DNA of 57,059 nt, counting the filler, from Sphacelaria rigidula (taxonomy: Eukaryota), in the NCBI GenBank assembly GCA_964200075.2. It is 7 parts of 7 records of this genome, joined end to end, with 100 filler letters (N's around TTAATTAATTAA, not from the genome) between each part and the next. Parts side by side here need not be neighbours in the genome. Positions count along the whole stretch, not along the records: positions 32,665 to 40,729 come from CAXNAA020012426.1; positions 40,830 to 48,894 come from CAXNAA020012427.1; positions 48,995 to 57,059 come from CAXNAA020012428.1; 4 more parts are not named here. One strand, given 5' to 3'. How positions within the stretch are numbered: position 1 is the stretch's first letter; every line of letters starts with the position of its first letter. Below are positions 36,787 to 49,059 of the stretch, piece after piece. A program made the position numbers and the translations under genes. Under the pieces are notes generated by a model. That model searched no databases. It was not told where the DNA came from and saw nothing but the letters and a program-made list of their open reading frames with translations.

Positions 36787-39504
36787 TAATGAAGAGAAAG
36801 AGGATTTTTTTTTTCAATTCGACCGATTGTTATTGAAAATGCAAGTTTGGCAAAATCTGAAACTGCGGCCAGCGAAAAATGCAAGGTTGTCCTGGAACGG
36901 TCTAAACGAGTAGAGCGAGTCAATCCAACATCCGCCTAGCCCTCTTTTCGGCCGTCAAATGACGGAAAGGGCCCCGAACGCAGTTTTCAGCAGGACGTTT
37001 TTTCGTCACCCTGGTCTCGAGTATTTTTGAAAAATCAAAAACGTGCGGTAGAGGAACGGAATTCCGATGGAAGAGGTCATCCGTTCAACATGAATGACGT
37101 GGACGTGAATGACGACCTATCAGATCGGAATTTCGCTCCTGCGGCGCACTTTCTCTATCGGAAAATAATTCGCGAACACCCGCCCTATTAGAGGTATCTA
37201 ACTCGGTTCCCGTTTTCCTGGCTTGTTTTGTTCTATTTTTTCCAGTGAAAGTGATGACGATTCATCAGATGATAAGACCCTTTGACCGCCAGGTCAGGTC
37301 CTCCTATGAATCGCCATCACTTTCACCTGAAAAAATAGCACAAAACCTAGAGCCAGCGAATAAACCAGGAAACCGGGAACCGAGTTTGAGATACCTCCAT
37401 TATTCGTCGATCGAAAATGTGCGGTGGAGGAGGATAATTCCGATCTGGCGGGTCGTGATTTCAACCATGGTCTTTCAAACTCGAGGTTCCCGATATATTC
37501 AACAAACTGTGAGTTACTGTGAAACATACCGGGAATCTCGAGCTTGAGATACCTCGATATATATCGAAATCACGGCTTGTCAGATCGGGACTTTTGTTTC
37601 CCACCGCACTTATTGGCAGACTACATTTGGAGCGGCACAGATTCGCTTGGTAACTTACCAATTATATCGCTCCATTTCGGTTGGAAATCGCTAGGGGAGT
37701 ACTCTAAAACCAAGTGTTCGTGCGGTCTAACTCGTAGCGCGTTTCAGCCCAATACAACTGTAGTACAGTACAGTACAGGCGCCCAACGCACGGCACCAGC
37801 AGGAGTGTCGCAGCAACGGACAGCGCGTTGCTCGTCTCAACGAAGACGGAACAGTCAACACACCCATGAAGCTTTCAACAGTGTGCAGCCAGCACTGCGT
37901 GCTGACTAGTATTGCTTTCGGCAGAGACGAACACAACGATACTATCGCAGCCCACGCAATCCAAACCCTGTTCGCAATGCGTGAATACACCACAACAGAA
38001 CAGACGGCGGAAGCTCCGACGCATGAGAGAGGGCTCGACTATTTTTGCTGCGATACAGAGGTGAAGCAGGACATGTCCCATGTTTTAGTCCTCCGTCTGA
38101 TTGTGGAGAGGTCTACAATTTTGGGCCAGTGCCGAATTTGAACACTCGGTCATAGTCACGCTTCTTTCAAATTACCTCGAGTCACACTAATCTATGTGTG
38201 GGAGGTTTGGCTTTAGATACGGGCTCCGCCCGCTTATTTAATTACGCAGATTCTGTCCCGATACATCTTGAGTTTGCAAAATGTACTTCTATCAAAAGAT
38301 GATTAGTTTAGGAGATTGCCCTTCCGCCCCTGGAAATTTGCCGTGCAGCTACAGATGATGGCGACCAACACCCGCCCATGAACTAACGCGCACACGCAGG
38401 GCAGGGGGTAAATTTTCTCTCCTAATGAGAACTTGATACTTGATGGTGCCGAAGAGGAAATCTGTTCGTGGGCAACACATTGTACATGTCACTCGCACGC
38501 TTTCCGATGTGAAGGAATACGTGGCGCAACAGGAGAATGCGTCAGTGCTGTGCATCTCCTGTTCCACGAGGCCGCGCCGTCCCGTGACAACAAGGAACAA
38601 GTTTACAAAATCAACATCGAACGTGATTTTTGGTCCCGGGAATGTGATTTCTGAGAAGGCCTTCTCGATATCCCTTGACGTCTTGACCGCCAGGGTACGT
38701 CATCTGGGTCACGCAACAAGTTTTCAAGTGAAACTGGTGGTCCATTCAACGGATGAACTACCCTGGTGGTCGAAATGTTAACCCTTAGATTGCGGTGCGG
38801 GTAGTCCATCTGGATCTTGCATACAGGTACTCCTTTTATGTAAATATTGATGCCGATTCAGTAGGTGACTTAACCTCGCGGTCTAAAGGTCACAGTAACC
38901 CCTGGTAAGCAATCTGTCAAATCGGCATGATTCGGTCAGAGGGTTAAATCATTGGCCTATTCGTCAAGTCAAGGGGGAATAGGAACCAAGAATTCGGCGC
39001 AATCACTGCACTACTGTACTGTAGGTCTTAGCTCATGGTGTTGGATGCTGTTTTTTAATGTCTGGTGCCGTGTGGGAAATCCGACATGAATAGTTGTAAC
39101 CAGTCGTTCTGCACAGGAAGGCATTTGGTGGTGTGATCAAGCTTCTCTCGTCGCAATACATCAACACACGGCCTTCGGGCAGGTCTCATCGGGGGGAAAC
39201 CATCTGCTTCTGCGTGGAATATTCAACATGGGCATGACTAGGTGCCCCAATGTTCCACCGCATGTACACGTGCGTATTACACCTCGTTATATATGTCATC
39301 CTACTGATGACGTGGCACTGCAGATGTCAGCTGACGTGAGGCGGTCAACAGCTAGTGAGGGACAACTCATGCCCACCGTGCATGTTTATCTCGAGTGCCA
39401 TTAGCAGTTGGTTAATGTACCACATTGAACATACTTGCAGTTGTCTATCCTGATGTTCACGGAGCCGGCATGAACGGATAGGAAGGAGGTTTGCAAGGGC
39501 AGGT

Positions 39505-39780
39505 CGAGTAGAGTATTTGAAGTCGTACTCAATCTACTCACAGTTTTGAGAAGGGTATTTGAGGTCATACTCGATCTACTCAGGTTTTAAGTAGAGTATG
39601 GAGGTCATACTCGAGTGACACTCTATACTCGAGTATCACTGAGAGTGCTTACTCAAAATTTGAGCAGAGTATTGAAGGCCGTACTCGATCTACTCAAAAT
39701 TTGAGAAGAGTATTTGCGGTCACACCGAATCTACCCGAAAGTTGGGTAGAGTATCTGAGGCCGGACCCGATGTACCGAAA
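39505..39780. repeat. ~41-bp minisatellite, 6 copies in two blocks
   Basis: gag.agagtatttgaggtcatactcgatctactcaaaattt-like units at 39506, 39548, 39589, 39662, 39703, 39744. Confidence 0.85.
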
Positions 39781-40729
39781 ACGTATAACTTCAACTTCAA
39801 TATTTGAGTTCGTATGCAAGATACCAAGGGTCGGACAAATAATGATTCATCTGGATATTACTTGGTTTTAGTATCATCGATTCGACTCGTACGAATCAAT
39901 CCCTAGCCTTTGTTTTCAGCGTTGCAACCCAGGTACACGCAGCCCAGACGCGTAGAATGGCGCAAAAGCTGCGTGGATACCCCTTGGACCAGCGATCAAC
40001 TTCTTTCTCCCTTTTGGGCAATCGAACGGGAGAAATCGTGGATTTGGTGATCCTCAGTCGTGATGGTTTGTCCTAACCGTGCAAGATACTCGAACTCGGC
40101 CAGAGGAAATACCGAGGTATTCCGAGAGTTGCCCACCTATGATTAGTCCTGATTCATAACCAAACGTCAGCGAACACTCGAATACAGTGTCCGAGAAAGC
40201 GTTTGGATCAGAACCAAATGGTACAAAACTAGGGTAGAACGAATATTGGGGTGTTGTCGAAGAGCGTTCGGATTGTACCGCAAAATTGCTGCACGGCGCC
40301 AGCATATCGAAGGCGTTGCGAGGTATCGAGTGTGGACTGCCGTGGGTGGGGGCTGGTAAGATGGGGCGCTGGGGCAGATGGGTTCACTGTTCATTCACCC
40401 GCACGTTTTTTTCATTTTTATGGCCATCATACGCCCATACTCCTTGTAACCTGTAGTTCAACGCCACCCATTTAATGGATGGCCATCGTTCGCCCATGTA
40501 TTCAACATGGTCTGTGAAGTGACGTCACGAAGTCGCCGACGGTCACGGATACTCACCATACCCAAGTGATAACTCGATACTTGAGAATTACTGAGATTGC
40601 TTACAGGCTGGGCCGCCTAAGACGCGGACAGGGATGTGAGCACGCGATTTAACGCTTTTGGAACCCTCCCCTCCTGTCCCCTGGCCAAACGCCTTATTAT
40701 GAGAAGCCCTGACGAGAGATCGGAAGGAG

Positions 40730-40829
40730 NNNNNNNNNNNNNNNNNNNNNNNNNNNNNNNNNNNNNNNNNNNNTTAATTAATTAANNNNNNNNNNNNNNN
40801 NNNNNNNNNNNNNNNNNNNNNNNNNNNNN
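40730..40829. other. Artificial contig-joining linker 5
   Basis: Same 100-nt spacer. Confidence 0.98.
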
Positions 40830-41056
40830 TTCCCTGCAATGGAGGGATCGGACTTCAACCTCATTTTATGTTTCAACCCCAAAAATTAGGATCGGCTGTT
40901 AACAGTAGATTAGACAGCATTCCATCATTCTCCCAACGCAGCTTCATCTCCATCTTGTTGTTATGTACCGATGCCAAACCACTCCCATCATCTATAATCT
41001 CCGGATGTCCGTCTTCAAATTTGATGATCGTACATTTCCTCCTCCAAGGATTCCAG

Positions 41057-43054
41057 CTATAACGTATGCGCGAAAAAAATTGAAGTTCGCCGCTGCACAT
41101 GATAATGCCAGCACCAATCCCCCACTCGATTTCGAGAAGTACTCAAGTTCTCCATCAATAGGTGAACGTTGTACCTTCTTCCTAGATCCAGCATCCTGAT
41201 AGTGTGCGGACGCCTTTGCAATGCCGCATCTTCCAAAAGACCCATCATCTGTGCCAGTTGCCAACCTGTCGTCTGTGTTCGATAATAAATATAACAACCA
41301 ACGATTTGGGGGTCATACACATGAGGACCAGCAGTGGCATTGCTTCTCAACTCATAGCCTTGAGCCACAAACATGTCCCCACGTTCCCTAGCTTCAGCAC
41401 GCCTCGCCAAATTCACACGATATTTTCGGTACCTGGAATTATCTGGTTTTTCCATTTTAGGATTTCCCATCCAGTACGTCAAAATCACCCTGCCATATTG
41501 TTTCACATCCTCCTCATGCTCCCACCTGGGCCTATTCATATTTTCCTAATGTAGTAAATATTGTACTGACAGTTTTCCACCCAAGCCACGGGATAATCGG
41601 TGACTCACAATCTTCGTGGGTTTCAATCTATAGTTGTCTAACTGCATCGAAACATCCTCCTCTGTTAGATGTAACGGAGGTGACAGCTCCGAATATTGAT
41701 TCAGTACATATCGACTCAAACTCCAGGATAAAGACTTCGGCGACTCCGGCTCATCTTTTGGATTATAACACCGCTTGCATCTCAACACAGAAACTCGGGG
41801 ACTCATAACCGCCCCAGGCTCATTTTTCCGGAGTTCAAGCAACAGTAGTTTTTCTCCCTCTGTTTCGCCTTTTCCCGAAATACCTGGTCCTACTACCAAA
41901 ATCTTATACGGCCATTTCCAGGAATGAGATAGTTTAGATGATAACACTGTTTTTCCTCCTTCAAGTACAGCATTTCCACCCGACATGATAGTACCCTTTG
42001 TGTCATACACAAAGACCCAATTTCCTACTTCCCACTTTGGTCTTTTATTTAGAGCTTCCTCCACCTGCTCATTATTCGACTCGTGTTTAGACTTAATCAG
42101 GTAGCCCTCCTGTTTTATAAGACCATAAGCTTTAATTTGGCGATACTTCATCAGCTGTAAATATGCCAATTGATCTGCCTTCAACCCTTGATGTTCATAT
42201 ACACCTCTTCTCTCAAGAATAGTCATGGGTAATGTTGGATACCTCCCAATGTGAACCTCATTCGGCGCTAAACCGATCCTTCTACTTACATTGTTGTTAT
42301 GCGCAGAAATTGTATGTAGCAATAACTTATCCAAATTTTTCTGATCATCAGCCACCAAATATGACAACATCTGACATAACGTGTGATTTAGTCTTTCCAC
42401 CATTCCGTTCGTTTGCGGATGATGCGCACTTGTATATCTCTTGACGGCTCCCAACAATTCATAGGTAACTCTTGCCACTCTTGCTGTAAATTCCGTTCCT
42501 CTATCCGACAATAATGTATGAGGACATCCCCATCTTGGAATATAGTCGTGCACCAAAATGTCCGCGCAACCTTCCGCTGGTTTCTCTCCTCTAGAAAGAG
42601 CATAAGCCTCCGCATACCTACTGAATAGATCCACTATTAGGAGAATGTAAGTATTTCCTTTTGTTGTTTTCGGCAATGGACCCAACAAATCGAACGAAAC
42701 TATCTGTCCAGGTTGACTCGGCAGTGGTAACGAAATGAGTGGCCATCTTATTGTATGCCTCGGATTTTTCCGAGCCTGACACGTATAACATCTTCTTATC
42801 CAAAAATTTACACTGTCCTTCATTCCAATCCATCAATAATACCGCTTTAACAAAGATAACGTGATACCTTCTCCCAAGTGAATGGCTTCCTTGTGAGTTT
42901 GGTCCATGACCCGAGGTTTCAACAGTAGTGGCACATATGTCCTGGTAGGTTCTTCCCCCAAATACCTCTCAAATTGTCCCGGATTCCGGTCCAGTTGACT
43001 AGGCATAGGTGTCTGTTTTTTTACTAATAATAATTTTCCGCCCGTCATTTCCAA
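41057..43054 (-). pseudogene. pol: Integrase with C-terminal chromodomain and a further extension
   Basis: HHCC (HKEAIH...CYTC); DDE (SFDLLG, LSDRGTEF, GMVERLN); chromo-like KIVSHR..VQYLLH*ENMNRPRWEHEEDV..ILTYW read through the TAG at 41546-41548. Confidence 0.9.
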
Positions 43055-43720
43055 AAGTGTTCCCTGTTACAGTAATCTTTCGAATTCGGAGAGGTCAATT
43101 TGTGTGGGTACCGCTTTCTCTTGCTCCTTCGTCAACACAGTCACTTGTTTTTTCAAATACTCAATGATTGTTCTCGAAGTGAGATCTTCCTGCTGTATTT
43201 GAGACCAGTCGTTTGCCGATTTCTGACATAAACGTTCTCCAAACTGACAGGCTTCTTCTGCCTCAAGATTTGGTGGTACCGTTGTTAATGGCCCCGCACT
43301 ACCACCTTCTACTTCTGTTGTGGGCTCGATCACTGAACCGGCTCTGTGTTCCTGAGGTTGTTGCAATCTTCTCCCTATTTCCGTGGTCGGACATGCATCC
43401 AAGGTTGAGCCCTGGTCCCATTGCCCTCTGACCATGTTACTATTATGGAGATAAATCAACGGAGAGTCATCCTGTACCACGTACAGAGGCTTGTCCGCTA
43501 TTTTCCTTCCTATTTTGCTTGTATCTATATCACCCTTTTCTCCTTGCAGCTCTATTAATTATTGGTCAGCTTTTTCGGAGGTCGTGAGCGGTGTTGTGCT
43601 TACTTCTTTTCCCCCAATTTTAAAATTTGATCCAGGGTTTAGCCCATTCGAACTTGAATTATGGGTACTCGCTATAGATCCTACATACACCTCCCTGGTC
43701 AGACTTTTAAAATTTCTTGG

Positions 43721-45189
43721 TCAAACTCTACTAGCACCAATAAAATAGACATCTAGGTCTCTCGGGTCTGTGATTTGGGCTTTCCCAGATATATCATTTT
43801 CATCCGGTGGCTGTGGCAGTTGTGACAACATGTCGGCGTTGGCATTCACACGTCCTGGCTTGTACTTGATTTCGTACGTGCACGCACTCAGGAAGTCATG
43901 CCAACGATGAACCCGCGGAACGTTTTCTGCCAGGCTTAGCAAATTTCTCAACGACTGGTGATCAGTATAAATTTCAAACGGTATACCATAAAAAAGTGGC
44001 CTGTTTTTCTTGATGGCCCACACGATTGCTGCTGCTTCCAATTCCGACACACTCCAATTCCTCTCATTTGGGAGTGTTCCTCTACTAAGAAAAACAAGCG
44101 GACGAACCATGTTGTTTCTTGACGCTGCTCAACTACCGCTCCTAAACCATCCATTGATGCATCCGTTGTAAGCATGAACGGTCGCTTTTTCAAAGCTGCA
44201 CCTTCATAATCAGGAAAAGCTAAAACATTATCAGTCGTGAGCGGTGATAACATCTCTCTGACTATCAACTCATGTTGTTCTTGAGTAAATTGAATTTTTA
44301 CTCCCTTCTTCAACAATTGAGTTATGGGCTTGATTCTTGCCGCCATCGTCGGAATAAATTTACGGTAGTACCCCAAACCTCCCACCAACGATCTGAGTTG
44401 TGGAACATCTGAAGGCATTGGCATTTTACTTAAAGCTTTCACTTTTCCCTGGTCCGGTGAAATCCCAGCGGCCGAAATATGATGTCCGAGAAACTTAGTC
44501 TCTTTCATTCCTACATTTGCTTTTTTCGGTGCCAATTTTAGGTTGAACTTGGTCAGCTTTTGAAAAAGATTCCCCAAGTCATCTACATGTTGTTTCCCCG
44601 ATGCACTAAAAGTACAAACGTCATCAATATTAAGGCGACACCGTTCAAGGCCCTCACATATTCGCGCCATGATCGATTGGAACCAATCTGGGCTTCCACT
44701 ACATCCCATTGGCATGACCAACCATTCATATAACCCACTTTGTGTGCAAATCGCTGTAAGCAGGATTGAGTCCTGATGTATAGCAACGTTAAAGTAACCA
44801 GAGGTGATGTCCAAACATGAAAATATTTTGGCACCCCCCAATTCATCCAGAAGTTCTTCAATGATTGGAAGTGGTAACACCGGAATAATCGTACTGTCAT
44901 TAAGCTTTTTGTAATTACACGTAATTCGAATGGATCCATGCGCTTTGTTCACCACCACTAGCGGGCTACTCCAATTCGAGTACGATCTCCTCAAAATCCC
45001 TGCGGCCAGCATGCGATCGATTTCTACTTGGACTTTCTTCTGAACCGCGGGATTATGACGATACGGGCGCTGCTTTGCAGGCCTCGTTCCCGGTTTGAGT
45101 TCAATTTTAGATGGATCTACAGTACAATACCCCAAGTCCCTCTTATACTTGGAAAATTTATGTGAATATTTGCACAGAAGTTCCCCCAA
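43721..45189 (-). pseudogene. pol: Reverse transcriptase and RNase H of pol
   Basis: WSSPLVVV, CLDITSGYF, YEWLVMPMGCSGSPDWFQ, LNIDDV (YxDD changed to NIDD), FLGH; RNase H TTDASMDGLGAV, ELEAAAIVWAI, YTDHQSL, NANADMLS; frameshift near 44110. Confidence 0.95.
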
Positions 45190-45594
45190 ATTCTTGGTAT
45201 CATCAACCGTCCACTATGTACCTTCCAACCCAAACTTTATCTTCCGCATATGCGAGGGAAGTCTCCCCCACATATCCTCAAAGGCTTGTTGTTGTTCATC
45301 GTCTAAATCTGTTAAGATTGGAGGTCCCTCTAACTGCGGATCTACCGTGTGTATCTCTTGAGGTTCCGGCTGTAGGTTTTCAGATATTTTAACGTCTTCC
45401 AACGAGCAGGATAGCAAAGGTGCTCCAGCAAAACCAAGATTTGTAGTTCTGGCAAGCATTTGCCCTTCTAAACCTGTGTAACGGAGGGGAATACTCGACT
45501 CTCCCGCTTCCACAATAATTTCACTTGGAGACCACTCTGGATCTAAAGTGACATAGTACGTACCCCTTTCGGTCGGCAATCCATCCATATTATA

Positions 45595-47072
45595 TCATTT
45601 TACCGGGGTCCACGACAACTTATCAGGTTTTGCTACTTTCGTGCATCCAGTATACATCATTACCATCTGCGGTGATACTGATTTGGGCTCTACAAAACCA
45701 ACAGCGTTGCGAATGCTGTCCGCAAATGCACGATTCACAGAGTCCACGTCATTTTCTTCCAACGGCATGACTGTTTCACGTTTGTCAACATCTCGATATG
45801 TTCTAAGCGGAAATAGTTCTAACCCATCACGTCCCACCAGAATATCGTAGTTCATTGTGCCTTCCGATACAACATGAGCATAAACTGCTAAAAATGCCCT
45901 CCCATTTTGGACTGAACGTTTAGGATTGGTTTTTCTAGGCCATAACCTAAGATTAGTCTGACCTGTGACGAGGTGCATAAGGGAACACCATTAAAACCTC
46001 CCCATGATACCGGATCAATTTCACGGGCACCTTCTATGGTGGCGGCGCCTATATCGATCATTTTATTCCACACCGGATACTGGGTAAAAGTTGCAGGGCT
46101 TCCCGTGTCCATCAGAGCTTTAACCTCCTTGGTTCGCGTTGCTTTTGGGCCTGAAAATATTTGAATGAAAGCCGAATTTTCTTTGCGATTCAAACTTATT
46201 TCTCCTCCCACAGCTGCCTGAATTTCTTCCAAATACCTACCTTTACGACCACGCAAAATCGGATTAGAAAGTGTAGTCGGAATGCGCACAGGTGCTTTTG
46301 ATATAAGTAGACGGTTACCCGTTTTCGGATCCAGAGCATAGATTGTATTGCTCGGGTTCTTGTAAGGCTCGTCACCATCATTTACTACTATATTTGGCAC
46401 TACGCCACACGGAGACTCGTCACTGTCTACAGGACGTGAAATGTCTCGGGATGCTACAACGGCAATATTGGAGAAATCAATAGTCATGCTATTCTGCACA
46501 TTGTTACCGTCATCTGCTGATCCAACCTCAGGTACGGTTGCCAGATCTAGAGTAGGGTCAACCTTTAGCTGTCCTCTCTGACCTTTACTACTCGTGTCCC
46601 GAGAGGTACAAGCTGGTAAGCCATGCACATCGGAATCATCTGGTGGAAGACTGCCATTGCTACCCACCATAGTGTTATCATGTTTCTGACTGAGACGATA
46701 ACTTCCATTTTTCTCAGTAGACATGTTAGTGGGACAACCCTCCTTGTATCCCACCAGAACACCACTATTCGCTCGACTGATGCAAACTTCTTCATTGTGC
46801 ACCGACAAAACTTTAGTTTTGGCTAGGGCTGTTTTAGTTTGTTTGTTCAGATTTCTATTTTTACGGTTCCGACCAGTGCTAGCATTTGTATCGTGCATGG
46901 TGAAATCTTTGGCAGAGAGATCCTTGCATGTTTTCCCCGGTCCAGATGGGTATCGTGAAGTACTTTGTCTCGTATCTCGAACTGGCGGGTCTCTTGCCTC
47001 ACCCTGGATGCTTATTGTCTCAACTAGGTGCTCTGTACTATGTGACTGTACAATCACATCGGGTTCATCCAT
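45595..47072 (-). pseudogene. pol: Aspartic protease region of pol, frameshifted
   Basis: ALMDTGSPATF (DTG motif, ~46100) and YDILVGRD in the next frame. Confidence 0.85.
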
Positions 47073-47657
47073 AACCCTAGCGCCTGCCGTAGGTTCAACT
47101 AATGATTCAACTCGGTGGTGTGCCTGTGCACTCGACTAGTTATTTTTATATGAACGATCGCTTAAGATTGGTGCACAACTAGGGGAATGACCCCTAGCCG
47201 CAGCACTATTTCGACGGTTAGACTTGAGTGTCGTGCCAGATTTCAACTCCAGAGCCCTACCAACACCTGCCTGCAATAATGTGCCTGCAGACTGGTTGAC
47301 ACCTCGACCTATACAAAAGGGTGCATTCTTTCCAACCTTCAAAATACCTTCACGGGGATGATCAGCCCCTGCTTGAGATTTTACTGCTCCATCGGATACA
47401 CTCTTTTTACCCTTGTGGAGTGGATTTCTCCCACCCTTCCAGTTGATGTTCTACCCGTGCCAAGTCGAGCCAACTGGAATGTGTGGACTAAACACAGTGA
47501 CGCCACAAATACTCACATTTCCTGCATGGGAGACAGGTCCTCTAGTATCTATAGCGGGCTGATTTGCTATCGATGAAGGTGCCCGATCTTCATCGTTGTA
47601 TTTTCAATTATTGTTCCTACTGCAATGATAATCGCACAATCTGCGTTGCCATCGCCT

Positions 47658-48830
47658 TCATTTTTCAGAGATGTCTTTAGGGGACCCTTCTCCAATTTCA
47701 CGATGAATTATACCCGATTTATTCATATACTCATAGGGACAATCCCGAGCAAGTATGTGGTCGGAACTACCACAATTCAAACAGAACGGTCCGAAGGCTT
47801 TTTGAGCAGCATCTTTTTGTCCACGCGAAGAAAAAGGTTCATAGAAAGGAGGATCACGACCCTTTTTTCCAAAGCGCTGGTTCTGTTTCGCCCCAATGGA
47901 ATGGATATGCTGCATTTCTACATCTTCTGCGTATAATTCCGAGATCACCATTACTCCACCAAACTTGCGACTATGTAAGGCCTTAGCGTAGTGTCGAGAT
48001 CTGGTGATTACACCACCCGCACTGCCAGTAGCGAAACGTGAAGGAGCTACCGCTTTTGACGTGTTTGTGTCAAAATCACGAAGGGCGTTCATCATGTGAC
48101 CAACGTCGTGAAAGGGTAGAGGTTGATGATGTCTACCTGCAAAAGCTTGAGCACTGATGTTGGGGAATTGATCATCTATACCATTTTTAATGGCAGATTG
48201 TATCGAGCCATTTTCAGGCGCCAACTCACGGCCAACACTTTGGACATTTGCAACCAACATTCTCAACTCTGCCAAGTATGTAGCAAAGGTGGTGCACGCT
48301 TCAACCGTGAAGTTGACTAGTAATCCCATTACTCCTGCGGGCGTGACCTTACTGAGAGCCCTACTCATTATACGCAACACATGGTCGGAAGCTTCAGGCC
48401 CGGTTGACCCCGCTTCTTGCATTCGTATGGCCTCTATCGTCACATCAGATATTTGCGATCTTAAAGTAGAAATAGTTTGAGAATGGTGGGAAGATTTGCC
48501 ACGGATTGCCTTAAGAAGGTGTTTCTGGAGACACTTTTCCCACCCTCTTTTCCAATAAAGGGGTTCAGAGTCCCCCACAATTATGCGCATATCTTGAATA
48601 GAATCACGAAGAGCTGCACCAAATGCAACCAAGTCTGCCACGTCATGATCTACACTCAAAGTTAGTTTCGGTAATTCAATTAGGACAGAAGTGTCCATTT
48701 TGGCATACTCCCTGGCTATTTCTGCCGCCGTTTTTTCTGTAGCAGATGAGGTATTACCTTGAGTTTCTACTGTAACCGGGACCAGGGGCGGGGAAACCGT
48801 TCGAGGAGCGGCTTGACTAGACGATTTCAC
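47658..48830 (-). pseudogene. gag: gag with zinc knuckle CLNCGSSDHILARDC
   Basis: 390-aa ORF upstream of the protease; frame continues past the stop as *RRWQRRLCDY, matching WRRWQKCMRDY of the contig-1 gag. Confidence 0.85.
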
Positions 48831-48894
48831 TCTAGAGTCATCCTACGATAGAGGGGAGGGTATTTTGGGCCATTTGTTGCTCGAAATTTCGAGT

Positions 48895-48994
48895 NNNNNN
48901 NNNNNNNNNNNNNNNNNNNNNNNNNNNNNNNNNNNNNNTTAATTAATTAANNNNNNNNNNNNNNNNNNNNNNNNNNNNNNNNNNNNNNNNNNNN
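48895..48994. other. Artificial contig-joining linker 6
   Basis: Same 100-nt spacer. Confidence 0.98.
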
Positions 48995-49059
48995 AAAACA
49001 AATGTGGACAATCTTTGAGGAACTAAGAAATTACGGATTCTGCATACTTCTGACACTGG

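Larger units (their letters stand above)
35912..37016. mobile_element. Outer foldback MITE (~185-bp inverted arms) hosting two nested Harbinger-like MITEs
   Basis: 35941-36125 is an inverted match to ~36815-36996; left end tta|gaccaactc; right end uncertain. Confidence 0.7.
40830..48894 (-). mobile_element. Ty3/gypsy LTR retrotransposon internal region, decayed (LTRs not in contig)
   Basis: Domain order gag-PR-RT-RNaseH-IN(-chromo), diagnostic for Ty3/gypsy; many stops and frameshifts. Confidence 0.96.

Noticed and set aside
38400..39230. Degenerate FNIP-like pseudogene
   Set aside because: Only isolated hints (LNHWPIRQV); no 66-bp periodicity
40610..40729. 3' LTR of the gypsy element
   Set aside because: It lies on a different contig across an artificial linker, and no second copy is visible
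41546..47660. RIP-like or deaminase hypermutation from TGG-to-stop changes
   Set aside because: Only a few inferred cases, expected from ordinary transitions; untestable without a consensus
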